This document shows, in pieces, positions 36,254-45,192 of a stretch of DNA of 64,000 bases; position 1 is the stretch's first letter, and each line of letters begins with the position of its first letter. The notes beneath the pieces were generated by a model. The model had not been told where the DNA came from and ran no database searches. It saw only the letters and a list, made by a program, of their open reading frames with translations. This DNA is from an uncultured Bacillales bacterium (GTDB taxonomy: Bacteria > Bacillota_I > Bacilli_A > RFN20 > CAG-826). The stretch is taken from contig CAJJXG010000006.1 in the NCBI GenBank assembly GCA_905197045.1, positions 9,555-73,554 of the forward strand. Reading direction: 5' to 3'. A program made the translations under genes and the position numbers.

Positions 36254-37633
36254 CTATAAATGTAAATTACTTTTGCTTGCGATAACGTCTTTAATGAAAG
36301 CATTGACGTTTGTGTATTCTGTAACGATAAAAGCAGGATCTTCTACTACAACATTTGCTTTATCTTCCCACCAACTTGAAGCTGGGTCATTTAAGCAAGG
36401 GAAGACGTTTTCGCCATCATCTTTTTGTGTGAATTCATAGTTTTCTAATGTACCATGACCAAACTTTGTTCTATCAACATTAATTGATGGCATTGATGGA
36501 TAATCACCAATATCTTTACCCCAAGCAGCATATCCTTCTTTAGTTGTACTTAAGTAATTGATGAATGCACAGGATGTCCATGGATGTTGTGTATATGGCA
36601 TAATTTGCAAATAATGTTTATACATAAATCCACCAAAACCAGCGATTTTTGAATCACCAGGATTTGCTCCATCACTAATATCTTTACCTAAAGCGGCAAT
36701 TGTAATGTTTTTCTTTGTAATACTGGCAGTTTCTTGAATGGAAGCAATCTTAGAATAAACAATCCAGCCAAGTCCACCTTCATCTTTCATGAATGCATCA
36801 CGTGCAGCGCCATCATCACCATAAAATACTGCATTATTTAAATAGTTTTCGATAAAAGCATAAGCATATTTTTGGTCGCCATATTTATCATATTTTGCCA
36901 TGTCTAATGACTTATTATCATTAGTTGAAGCATTGAATGCATCTTCAAGAGCATCACACCATTCATCTTTTGTTAACATGATAAGCCAATCTCTATTAAC
37001 ATTTTCATTATTTGGATCCATGGTATGGATATGGTTTTTAAATTTAGCTTGTGTAATATCCCAAATATTATCAATTACAACATCTGCTCCTTTTCCACCA
37101 TTATTGACCATCCAAGTTTTCATATTATATTGAAGTGAGAATGGGTTAGCGTTTTTGGTCTTATCGGTATCTTTAGCATCACTCCATTCTTTTGGAATGT
37201 AGTTTAAGAATTTTCCAGTACTAATACCTAAAGCTTGTAATTGATAACCATCTTGGACAAGGGCTGCATCGTAACCTGTTGTTAAACCATTATCAATTTC
37301 GCCACATAATTTAGCATAAATTTCACCATCAACTGCTGTATCAGTAGTAATTGACATATTAGCGCAAGCAGCATTATATTTTGTTAATTCAGCTTTAAAT
37401 CCTTCGATAGCATTTTTAAATCTGGATGAAGTTCCGATGAATTTTAATTGGCCGCCGCCAATTTCTTCAGCAGCTTTTTTGAAAAGATCATCTCTTGATA
37501 ATGTTTGAGCTTCACTAATGATATCTTTATTTGTATTTTTAATTTCGTCATTAGCATTACCACCACATGCTGTCATTGTACATGCACAGATTATGGCAGC
37601 GCTTAACGTAAATAAACCTTTTGATTTTTTCAT
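36254..37633 (-). CDS. ABC transporter substrate-binding lipoprotein (substrate unknown)
   Basis: 459 aa with lipobox CTMTA-C-GG. First gene of the SBP-permease-ATPase operon. SD GAAGGAGG upstream. Confidence 0.8.
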   Translation of the reverse strand: MKKSKGLFTLSAAIICACTMTACGGNANDEIKNTNKDIISEAQTLSRDDLFKKAAEEIGGGQLKFIGTSSRFKNAIEGFKAELTKYNAACANMSITTDTAVDGEIYAKLCGEIDNGLTTGYDAALVQDGYQLQALGISTGKFLNYIPKEWSDAKDTDKTKNANPFSLQYNMKTWMVNNGGKGADVVIDNIWDITQAKFKNHIHTMDPNNENVNRDWLIMLTKDEWCDALEDAFNASTNDNKSLDMAKYDKYGDQKYAYAFIENYLNNAVFYGDDGAARDAFMKDEGGLGWIVYSKIASIQETASITKKNITIAALGKDISDGANPGDSKIAGFGGFMYKHYLQIMPYTQHPWTSCAFINYLSTTKEGYAAWGKDIGDYPSMPSINVDRTKFGHGTLENYEFTQKDDGENVFPCLNDPASSWWEDKANVVVEDPAFIVTEYTNVNAFIKDVIASKSNLHL

Positions 37634-37670
37634 TATAAATCCTCCTTCAAAAAGTTTTTAAGATACTTTA

Positions 37671-37698
37671 ATTATAAATGTAAGCGCTTACAATTCAA
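37671..37698 (-). promoter_or_regulatory. sigma-A promoter with a perfect cre box filling the spacer
   Basis: Minus strand reads TTGAAT-(16 nt)-TATAAT (+ strand ~37693-37698 and ~37671-37676). The spacer contains TGTAAGCGCTTACA (~37679-37692), identical to the cre box at 18688-18701. Confidence 0.7.
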
Positions 37699-37793
37699 GC
37701 AAAAAAATTTACAATTAAAAATATTTTGAAACCGAAACAACTAATTATCACGATATTTATCGTATTTATTTTATTTTTTAAAATGTAAAGAAA

Positions 37794-39452
37794 TTAATAG
37801 GTAATTGTAAATTCGGAACCTTTTCCTAAACTACTTTTAACATCAATCTTATATTCATAATAATTACAAATATATTTAACAATTGATAAGCCTAGACCAG
37901 TGCCACCATTTTCCCTACTTCTTGCTTTGTCGACTCTAAAAAATCTTTCAAAAATACGGGATTTGTTTTCATCACTTACCCCAATTCCACTATCTTTAAT
38001 TGAAATTTTATGGTTTGTTGTATCAATTGTAATTACGATTTCGCCATTGACTTTGTTGTATCTAATCGCATTTTCGATAATATTTTTAAAAAGATTATAA
38101 AAATCTTCATTGTTAATCTTTAAGATTAGTTTTTGGTAATTTTTGATCACTTTTATATGTTTTGCCTTAATTTGCTCTTCAAGCATAAGCAAAATATGAT
38201 CAAGTTCTTTCATGACATCAATTTTTTCAATTGGTCTTAAATTATTATTTTCAAGCGAAGAAAGTTCAAGCATTTCCATAATAAGCTTATTCATTCTTTC
38301 GCTCTCTTTAATTGTCTTTTCATTAGCAGTTTTAATTTCTTCATTACTTGTTAATACCCCATCTTTGATTAATTCTTGATAACCTAAAATAGTCGTTAAA
38401 GGCGATTTTAATTCATGAGCGGCATTAGCAAAAAAGTCTCTTTTCATCTTTTCACTATTAAATTTATCAGTAATATCAACAATTAAAATTGAAACACTGC
38501 TTACATTTGAGTTTTCATTAAAAGAATCATCTATATTATTAATATTAAATTCAAAGATTTTTCCATCGATTTCTTTATTAAATAAGAGTGGTCGGTTTAA
38601 CGAAGAAACAACTTTAACATTAACTAAAATATCATGAGTTAAAGGATTATCGATAATTTTTTTATCATTTCTTTCTATGTGAATTATGTCTCTTCCTTTT
38701 TTATTAGAAAGAATAATTAATCCATCTAAATTAACAACTAAAATACCTTGTTCAATTGAATCCAAAATGAAGTTTAACTTCTTTTCACTTAAAAAATTAT
38801 TCTTTAACTGTCTATCAAGTTCTCGTCTTGTATCTTTTAATATATTTGCTAAATTTTCAACATCATTATCGTATTCAACCATGGTTTGAATATTAACAAT
38901 ATTGCGTAATTTTCTGACTTGGTATTTTAAATAAGCCGCTTCTTTTTTTGACTTAACATATTCAAAAACCACGCAAAAAGCACCTAAAATTAATAAAATT
39001 ATTGGAATTACTATCACAAGTATCCTAAAAATAATAAAACTTGAATCATAATAAACAATATATAAATTATAAGAATTATTATTTAAGTTATAAGAACAAG
39101 TGGCTAGACCAGTTCCTCCATTTTTATTGGAAAAAGAAATAATATGATCTAAATTGCTTTTTAATTTAAATAGATAATTTGAATCAAAAGCGATTTCGCT
39201 TGTAGATTTAACAACATTTCCACTTCCATTAAAAATAACTATATCTTTTTCTTTATCGTTACTATAAAAAGCAATAATATCATCTTCATTTTCACTATTT
39301 AAAACTTCGTTTATATTAAAAGAGAAGGTTGTTAAAGTTTCTTTATAAGAATTTTCTAAAATAAAATACGGAACTAAAAGTCCAACAAGAGAAATTCCTA
39401 TAAAAGCAAAGGTAAATAAAAAAATTATAAAAGTTCGTTTAAGTCGCATCAT
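37794..39452 (-). CDS. sensor histidine kinase (two TM, extracytoplasmic loop, PAS-like, HisKA-HATPase_c)
   Basis: 552 aa. H-box FFANAAHELKSPLT, N-box NAIRYN, G-boxes DSGIGV and GGTGLGLSIV. 4-nt overlap with the response regulator gene. Confidence 0.9.
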   Translation of the reverse strand: MMRLKRTFIIFLFTFAFIGISLVGLLVPYFILENSYKETLTTFSFNINEVLNSENEDDIIAFYSNDKEKDIVIFNGSGNVVKSTSEIAFDSNYLFKLKSNLDHIISFSNKNGGTGLATCSYNLNNNSYNLYIVYYDSSFIIFRILVIVIPIILLILGAFCVVFEYVKSKKEAAYLKYQVRKLRNIVNIQTMVEYDNDVENLANILKDTRRELDRQLKNNFLSEKKLNFILDSIEQGILVVNLDGLIILSNKKGRDIIHIERNDKKIIDNPLTHDILVNVKVVSSLNRPLLFNKEIDGKIFEFNINNIDDSFNENSNVSSVSILIVDITDKFNSEKMKRDFFANAAHELKSPLTTILGYQELIKDGVLTSNEEIKTANEKTIKESERMNKLIMEMLELSSLENNNLRPIEKIDVMKELDHILLMLEEQIKAKHIKVIKNYQKLILKINNEDFYNLFKNIIENAIRYNKVNGEIVITIDTTNHKISIKDSGIGVSDENKSRIFERFFRVDKARSRENGGTGLGLSIVKYICNYYEYKIDVKSSLGKGSEFTITY

Positions 39453-40126
39453 TTCTCAATAATATAGCCACCACCATAAATTGATTTAATAAAATTCTTA
39501 TTCTCATCACCAATTTTTGCTCGTATTGATTTAATGTGCATATCAACACTACGTGAATTATTTTTATTATTAGTGCCCCAAATTTGATTATACAATTCGT
39601 CTCGAGAAACAACATTGCCTTGCTTTAAGAACAAGTATTTCAAAATCTTAAATTCATTTGAAGTTAAATCAATAAGATTATCAAATTTATAAAATTTTTC
39701 GTTTTTAATGTCTAATGTGAACTCTTTGAGTTTAATTATGAATTTATCTTTTAAAAATTTACGATAATGTACGTTAATTCGACTAATTAGTTCTTTGATA
39801 TTAAAAGGTTTAACAAGATAATCATCTGCACCATTATTAAGTCCGCTTATTCTATCTTCTAAAAGCGATTTAGCGCTTAAAATAATTATTGGTATCTTGT
39901 CATTATCGATATCTTTACGAATAATGTTTAAAATTTCATTGCCTTGAATACCTGGAAGCATTAAATCAAGAAGTATTAAATTAGGTTTTTTAATTTCAAA
40001 TGTCTTTAAGAAAGATTCACCATCATCAAAACAGCGAACATCAAAATCGCTCTTCTTTAATGCAATTCTAATTAAATTTGCAATTTCATGATCATCTTCA
40101 ACCGAATAAATTAAAAAATCATTCAT
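39449..40126 (-). CDS. OmpR/PhoB-family response regulator
   Basis: 225 aa. Receiver domain (DD...LILLDLMLPG...K) plus a winged-helix output domain (LTSNEFKILKYL...RSVDMHIKSIRAKIG). Confidence 0.9.
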   Translation of the reverse strand: MNDFLIYSVEDDHEIANLIRIALKKSDFDVRCFDDGESFLKTFEIKKPNLILLDLMLPGIQGNEILNIIRKDIDNDKIPIIILSAKSLLEDRISGLNNGADDYLVKPFNIKELISRINVHYRKFLKDKFIIKLKEFTLDIKNEKFYKFDNLIDLTSNEFKILKYLFLKQGNVVSRDELYNQIWGTNNKNNSRSVDMHIKSIRAKIGDENKNFIKSIYGGGYIIEK

Positions 40127-40363
40127 GAATTAATTTTACAATTTAAAATGATTAAATTCATTATTAAATTATCACTATTAACGATAATGATGGTATTTAA
40201 GTTGTGTAATTTTTAAAATTCATTATATAAAAGAAGAAGATTGTAAAGAAAAAATCGACAGAATATTAAATATTTTCGCGTTTTTTGATTTTAATTTCAA
40301 ATTGTAAAGAAAAGTCTAGTTTAAGGTAAAAATCCCGCAAAAGTTGTATATTTAACAGCATTT

Positions 40364-40954
40364 TTAATCTTTACTATTTGATTTAAAATATTCAATCAGC
40401 TCTTTAGTCATTAAAATATAGCCTTCTTTGTTTGGATGAATGCCATCAGACATTATCTTTTTAAAGGTGGCGTTTCTCATATTTGCATCATTATAAAAAT
40501 CAATAACATCAAAATGATAAATAACAGCTAATGATTTTAATCTTTCTATCATGCTTTCATATTTCTTATTTATCTTTGTAAAACATGTATAGAAAACAAT
40601 TTTAGCTTCTGAGTTCTTTCTTAAATATTCGATTATATTAACAATTGCTCCAAAAGTTGTTCTTTCATTATCTAAATCGTACTTATTATTAAATAAGTGT
40701 AAGTCATTTGTAGAAAGTTGAATCAAAGCATAATTAAAAGTTTTTAAGATATTTAGATCTATCTTTTTAACTCTTGCTAGATAAGAGTCAGCTTTTCGAT
40801 TAGCTAAACAAGTTCCGTTAACTGCCTCTTTATAGACTTCAAATTTAACCGTTTCATCATTATATTCATTTAACATTTCTACATAAGAAACATTAAAATT
40901 ACCATAACCTTTAGTAATACTACTACCTAAAGCTAATATATTAATCTTTTTCAT
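40364..40954 (-). CDS. SGNH/GDSL-family hydrolase
   Basis: The track ORF starts at a TTG (40978). The ATG giving MKKINILALGSSITKGYG is the likelier start. Block I GSSIT, block V DGIHPN. Confidence 0.8.
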   Translation of the reverse strand: MKKINILALGSSITKGYGNFNVSYVEMLNEYNDETVKFEVYKEAVNGTCLANRKADSYLARVKKIDLNILKTFNYALIQLSTNDLHLFNNKYDLDNERTTFGAIVNIIEYLRKNSEAKIVFYTCFTKINKKYESMIERLKSLAVIYHFDVIDFYNDANMRNATFKKIMSDGIHPNKEGYILMTKELIEYFKSNSKD

Positions 40955-40955
40955 A

Positions 40956-41366
40956 CTAATTTTTCTCGATAAGTTCAAATAACTCTAAAAAATCATCAGA
41001 CAATTTATAGTTATTAATCTCACTTTTATTTATCCAAAAGACTTTTCCTTCTTCACTACTTTTAATTTCACCACTAAAATCATCACTTTTATAAAGTAAG
41101 CCTAAATAGCGAACGTTATCACCCCAGTCCCGCTCTTTAATAGCGCAAAATTTAACTGAGTGAAGAGTTAAACCAGTTTCTTCTTTAATTTCACGAATTA
41201 CACTTTCTTCAAGTGTTTCTCCTTTTTCAACATGTCCTCCTGGAAAAGAAAGACCTGGCCAATCAGATTTAACTCGATCAATAACCAAAATCCTCTCACC
41301 TTTATAAACCATACACATGTTTGAAAGGATGCATTTTGTAATTTTATCGTTCATATCAATCAACAA
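40956..41366 (-). CDS. Nudix hydrolase (MutT-like)
   Basis: 136 aa. Nudix box GGHVEKGETLEESVIREIKEETGL. An alternative ATG start lies at ~41354, 1 nt after the upstream stop. Confidence 0.85.
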   Translation of the reverse strand: MLIDMNDKITKCILSNMCMVYKGERILVIDRVKSDWPGLSFPGGHVEKGETLEESVIREIKEETGLTLHSVKFCAIKERDWGDNVRYLGLLYKSDDFSGEIKSSEEGKVFWINKSEINNYKLSDDFLELFELIEKN

Positions 41367-41841
41367 CTACATCTCTATTTTTATCAATAAAATAGCTCTT
41401 TAACACTCTTTGGTCCATTCTTAAACAATTGTCAAAATCAATTTTATCAAATGGAACGAACTTAATTTCTTTACTTTCACCATCTTGAGATGAAATTTTA
41501 ACTTTTGTTGAATCTACTCTTCCAAGAAAAATAACATCAGTATAATAAGTTACATCTTGATTAGGATATTCCATTCTTCCTTCTTCTCCAGAAAAAATAC
41601 CGAGTAAACTTATTTCATCTTCATTAAATTTTATTCCAGTTTCTTCATAAGTCTCTCTTATAGCGCCAGTCTTAACCTTTTCGCCCATATTTAAAGCTCC
41701 ACCTGGAAAAGAATATTTTCCATTATCACTTCTTGTTTCTAGAAGAACCTCATCTTTCTCATTCAATACTAAAATAGCTACTCCTATAGCCATGATTTCC
41801 TTATGACCAACTATATTTCTAATATATTTTATATAATCCAT
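41356..41841 (-). CDS. Nudix hydrolase
   Basis: 161 aa. Nudix box GGALNMGEKVKTGAIRETYEETGI. Confidence 0.85.
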   Translation of the reverse strand: MDYIKYIRNIVGHKEIMAIGVAILVLNEKDEVLLETRSDNGKYSFPGGALNMGEKVKTGAIRETYEETGIKFNEDEISLLGIFSGEEGRMEYPNQDVTYYTDVIFLGRVDSTKVKISSQDGESKEIKFVPFDKIDFDNCLRMDQRVLKSYFIDKNRDVVVD

Positions 41842-42002
41842 ATTTTCTTTCCTTTACCTAAACTATTTTAATAACTTTTCTTAAATAATTAAAGTTAACG
41901 GAATTTTTTAAGTTAAATACACTAACAAAATTGAAATAATAATTTAATAAGATCAAATAATAAACTTTTTTTACTTATTTTGAATCGCTAAATAAATTGA
42001 TA

Positions 42003-42111
42003 CTTAAAAATACGCATTTAATCGTAATTTTTGCCATTAATTCTTACCTCTAGGACATGGTCATGGACATAAATAATGTCTAAGACATTTTTGAAAATGT
42101 CCTTGACATTT
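42003..42111. repeat. left copy (R1) of a ~110-bp direct repeat bracketing the COG2865 gene
   Basis: CTTAAAAATACGCATTTAATCGTAATTTTTGCCATTA...CTCTAGGACATGGTCATGGACATAAATAATGTCTAAGACATTTTTGAAAATGTCCTTGACATT. About 90% identical by eye to 43542-43653. Contains the palindrome AATGTCTAAGACATT (~42075-42089) and seven GACAT/ATGTC half-sites. Confidence 0.85.
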
Positions 42112-42132
42112 CTCTTTATTATTTTCTATTAA
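42103..42132 (+). promoter_or_regulatory. candidate promoter of the COG2865 gene, embedded in the end of R1
   Basis: TTGACA (~42103-42108)-(18 nt)-TATTAA (~42127-42132), ~30 nt upstream of the ATG. The -35 forms part of an ATGTCC/TTGACAT inverted pair. Confidence 0.4.
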
Positions 42133-42161
42133 AATCTTATATTTATTTAAAGGAAATTTTT

Positions 42162-43511
42162 ATGATTATTGGAAGAGAAACAGAAACCATCGAATTCAAA
42201 AAAAGTACCAGCGAATTAAAAGAGGCGCTTCAATCCATATCTGCTATTTTAAACAAGCATCAACATGGCGTTATTTATTTTGGTGTAAAAGACAATGGCG
42301 AAGTCGTAGGACAAAAAATTGAAAAAGATACATTAAGAGATATCTCAAATAAAATAAGAGAACAAATCAAACCAGAGTGTTTCTATAACGTTGAAAAGAG
42401 AAACGACGATGAGAATAACACTTTTATAGAAGTATCTTTTAGTGGAGAAAGAATTCCATATTCAGCTAATGGTAAATTTTATTTAAGATTTTCAGATCAA
42501 GATCGATTAATGACAAATGAGGAACTTGAAAAATTTTTTCTTAATATTCAAAAAAATTATTCTATATGGGAGAACGAAGATTCTTTTACTAGTATAAACG
42601 ATATAGATGAAGCTTTACTTGAAAAGATGATTAATAAAGGTTACGAAAACAAACGACTTCATTTTAAATATACTAATTCCTATGAAGTTTTAAAAAAGTT
42701 AGGATTAATTGCTAAAGGTAACCAAAACCTCAATAATGCAGGTAACGTATTATTTTCATCCTTAAATCCAATAACTCTTAAATTAGCCACTTTTGCGTCA
42801 GAAACAAAAGAAACATTTTTAAAACTTGAATATTTTGAAGGTAATATCTTCACTTGTATTGAAAAAGGAATTTCTTATGTTTTAAACGCAATAAATTGGA
42901 ACGTAACTTTAGATGGTTCACCTTTGAGAAAAGAAACTCCAGAGATTCCTAAAGAAGCATTAAGAGAGATTATAGTTAACGCTTTTAGTCATGCTCGTTA
43001 TAGAAGTTCGACTACTTTTGAAATTGATGTTTTTAAAGACCGTGTAACAATATATAGTCCTGGCTACTTTCCATTAGGATACACTCCTGAAGATTTTGCA
43101 TACAACCATGAAGAACCAATTATGTTGAATCCTAAGATTATTCACGTTTTATTTAAAACGTGTCAGATTGAATCTTTTGGTTATGGATTTGAAACAACTT
43201 TTAAATTATGTAAAGAATTTTCGGTACCATATAAGTACGAGAACACAAAATCAGGCTTTAAATTTATTTTTTATAGACCTTTATCATTAAAATATTCAAC
43301 TTTTGATTTAAACGATACTGAAACCAAAGTTTTAAGGCAAATTATAAAAAATTCAACAATTAAAATTAAAGAAATAGCCGCTAATATCAATAAAAGTGAG
43401 AAAACAGTATCACGTGCTCTTAAAAAATTAAAAGAAGAAAACTTTATATATCGTGAAGGCGATGATTTTAGAGGTGAATGGATTGTTAATAAGGATTTAT
43501 ATAAAAAATAA
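42162..43511 (+). CDS. AlbA_2 (Schlafen-like) + HATPase_c_4 + C-terminal wHTH protein (COG2865 family, often annotated as a 'RecG-like putative DNA-binding protein')
   Basis: 449 aa. The N-terminus GRETETIEFKKSTSELKEALQSISAILNKHQHGVIYFGVKDNGEVVGQ is the AlbA_2 signature. The central REIIVNAFSHARY motif matches HATPase_c_4. The C-terminus is an HTH (TIKIKEIAANINKSEKTVSRALKKLKEENFI). Confidence 0.8.
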   Translation: MIIGRETETIEFKKSTSELKEALQSISAILNKHQHGVIYFGVKDNGEVVGQKIEKDTLRDISNKIREQIKPECFYNVEKRNDDENNTFIEVSFSGERIPYSANGKFYLRFSDQDRLMTNEELEKFFLNIQKNYSIWENEDSFTSINDIDEALLEKMINKGYENKRLHFKYTNSYEVLKKLGLIAKGNQNLNNAGNVLFSSLNPITLKLATFASETKETFLKLEYFEGNIFTCIEKGISYVLNAINWNVTLDGSPLRKETPEIPKEALREIIVNAFSHARYRSSTTFEIDVFKDRVTIYSPGYFPLGYTPEDFAYNHEEPIMLNPKIIHVLFKTCQIESFGYGFETTFKLCKEFSVPYKYENTKSGFKFIFYRPLSLKYSTFDLNDTETKVLRQIIKNSTIKIKEIAANINKSEKTVSRALKKLKEENFIYREGDDFRGEWIVNKDLYKK

Positions 43512-43541
43512 TCACATTTAATTTAACTGTTTATAAATATT

Positions 43542-43653
43542 CTTAAAAAAATACGCATTTAATCGTAATTTTTGACATTACTACTTACCTCTAGGACATG
43601 GTCATGGACATAATTAATGTCTTAGACATATTTGAAAATGTCTAAGACATTTT
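43542..43653. repeat. right copy (R2) of the ~110-bp direct repeat
   Basis: CTTAAAAAAATACGCATTTAATCGTAATTTTTGACATTA...CTCTAGGACATGGTCATGGACATAATTAATGTCTTAGACATATTTGAAAATGTCTAAGACATTTT. It lies between two convergent genes. The TTGACA -35 of R1 is replaced here by TAAGACA. Confidence 0.85.
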
Positions 43654-43676
43654 AATGTTAAATTAAGATGCTAAAT

Positions 43677-44972
43677 TCAAGGTCTTAAACAATTAATTGG
43701 AATAATAAAGATACCTTCTTCGTTTTTATAGCAAGCTCCACTTGAAGTAATAATTGCTTTAAATTTAGGAAGTTTTGCTTTTGCTCGAACTAATTTGTCT
43801 TCAAATCTAGTAAGAGATCTAATTCCATCTTGAATATTTTCAGGACTATTAATTTTAACTTCTATCGCACCGAATTCACCATTTGGTAATTGAACAATTA
43901 TGTCGACTTCTTGACCGCTGCTATCCCTATAATGTTTTAAACTAGCGCCAATACTTTCAGCATAAACTGAGACATCTCTTACAACAAAGTCTTCAAAGAA
44001 AAGACCAAAAGATTTAATATCATTTAATAAATCATCAGGTTTAATATTAAGTGCTTCGCAAGCAATAGATGTATCAATAAAATGTCTAGTCGGAGCACAC
44101 CTTACTGCTACCGAAGATCTTAAATTGATGTTATATGAAGGCATATCATATATTAAAAATAACTTTTTCAATATAGTCTCATAATCATTAAAAGTGTTTT
44201 CGTCTAATTTGCTTCTTTCGCCAGATTCTAAAATATCATTTATCATGGTAGTTTTTTTGGCTTGTGTAGATATGTTACGAGCATAGGATTTTAAAATCAG
44301 TTTTAATAAATCTATATTTTTATTCTTGTAAAAGTCATTATATTCGTTATTCTCTCTAAATAAACCTGAATAATAATTGTCTGTAATTATCAAAGAAATG
44401 CTTTTTTCTGAACAAACGGATAAAGGCCAACCGCCACGGCAAATTAAAAAGGCAATATCAAATAAAGTAATTGGATTATCGTTTTCAAGCAAAGTTTTGA
44501 AATTATCTCCACCATGAAACAAATCTTCTATTGATACAATGCCAAAAGATTCTTCTGACTCATAAAGAGTGAATGGCTTTATATTTAAATCGACTATTCT
44601 TCCAGCACCAGAATGTAATATCTCTGAACTATTAAGTGGCATGGTGCTACCTGTTGTTAAATACTTTCCAAAAACATATTCATCATCCAAATCTTTTTTA
44701 ATTTGATTCCACACATCTGGACACCTTTGCCATTCATCAATTAAATGTGGTTTATCGCCTTCTATAGCCAATCTAGGATTTCCTTTGATAACCATTAATG
44801 TATTATTATCGCTTAAATAAGTTATCGATTTAGCATATCTTTTGCATAATGTTGTTTTGCCTGAAAATTTTGGACCATTAACTAACACACATCCAGAAGT
44901 TTTCATTTTAAGTTCAAGAACTTTTTCAATAATTCTATTTTTATATAAGCCATCTTTAATCATCATATCCAT
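43677..44972 (-). CDS. AAA+ ATPase with C-terminal DUF4143 (COG1373 family), paralog 2
   Basis: The track ORF (442 aa) starts at a TTG at 45005. The in-frame ATG at 44972 (MDMMIKDGLYKNR...) aligns better with paralog 1. Walker A VNGPKFSGKTT, Walker B HLIDEWQ. C-terminus HYRDSSGQEVDIIVQLPNGEFGAIEVK. Both paralogs end in a ...P[LI][GN]CL[KR]P tail. Confidence 0.85.
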   Translation of the reverse strand: MDMMIKDGLYKNRIIEKVLELKMKTSGCVLVNGPKFSGKTTLCKRYAKSITYLSDNNTLMVIKGNPRLAIEGDKPHLIDEWQRCPDVWNQIKKDLDDEYVFGKYLTTGSTMPLNSSEILHSGAGRIVDLNIKPFTLYESEESFGIVSIEDLFHGGDNFKTLLENDNPITLFDIAFLICRGGWPLSVCSEKSISLIITDNYYSGLFRENNEYNDFYKNKNIDLLKLILKSYARNISTQAKKTTMINDILESGERSKLDENTFNDYETILKKLFLIYDMPSYNINLRSSVAVRCAPTRHFIDTSIACEALNIKPDDLLNDIKSFGLFFEDFVVRDVSVYAESIGASLKHYRDSSGQEVDIIVQLPNGEFGAIEVKINSPENIQDGIRSLTRFEDKLVRAKAKLPKFKAIITSSGACYKNEEGIFIIPINCLRP

Positions 44973-45005
44973 ATTATAAATATCTATTTGCTTAAAAACA
45001 ATCAA

Positions 45006-45073
45006 ATTCAGTGTTTTGAAAGTTTTAATTCAGTGTTTTGAAAGATTATGATTCAGTGTTTTGAAAAGTAATA
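45006..45073. repeat. three tandem 22-23-bp direct repeats, proximal cluster upstream of COG1373 paralog 2
   Basis: ATTCAGTGTTTTGAAAGTTTTA / ATTCAGTGTTTTGAAAGATTATG / ATTCAGTGTTTTGAAAAGTAAT. The core TTCAGTGTTTTGAA contains the inverted half-sites TTCA-N6-TGAA. Confidence 0.9.
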
Positions 45074-45192
45074 ACAAGTACTAAAAATTTGGGATTAAAC
45101 TATAAAAATATTGTAAAAAAGTAGATTTTATAACGATTTTACTATCTTTGATAAAGCAAATACTTAATTTTCTGAATTAAATGCTTATTCAT

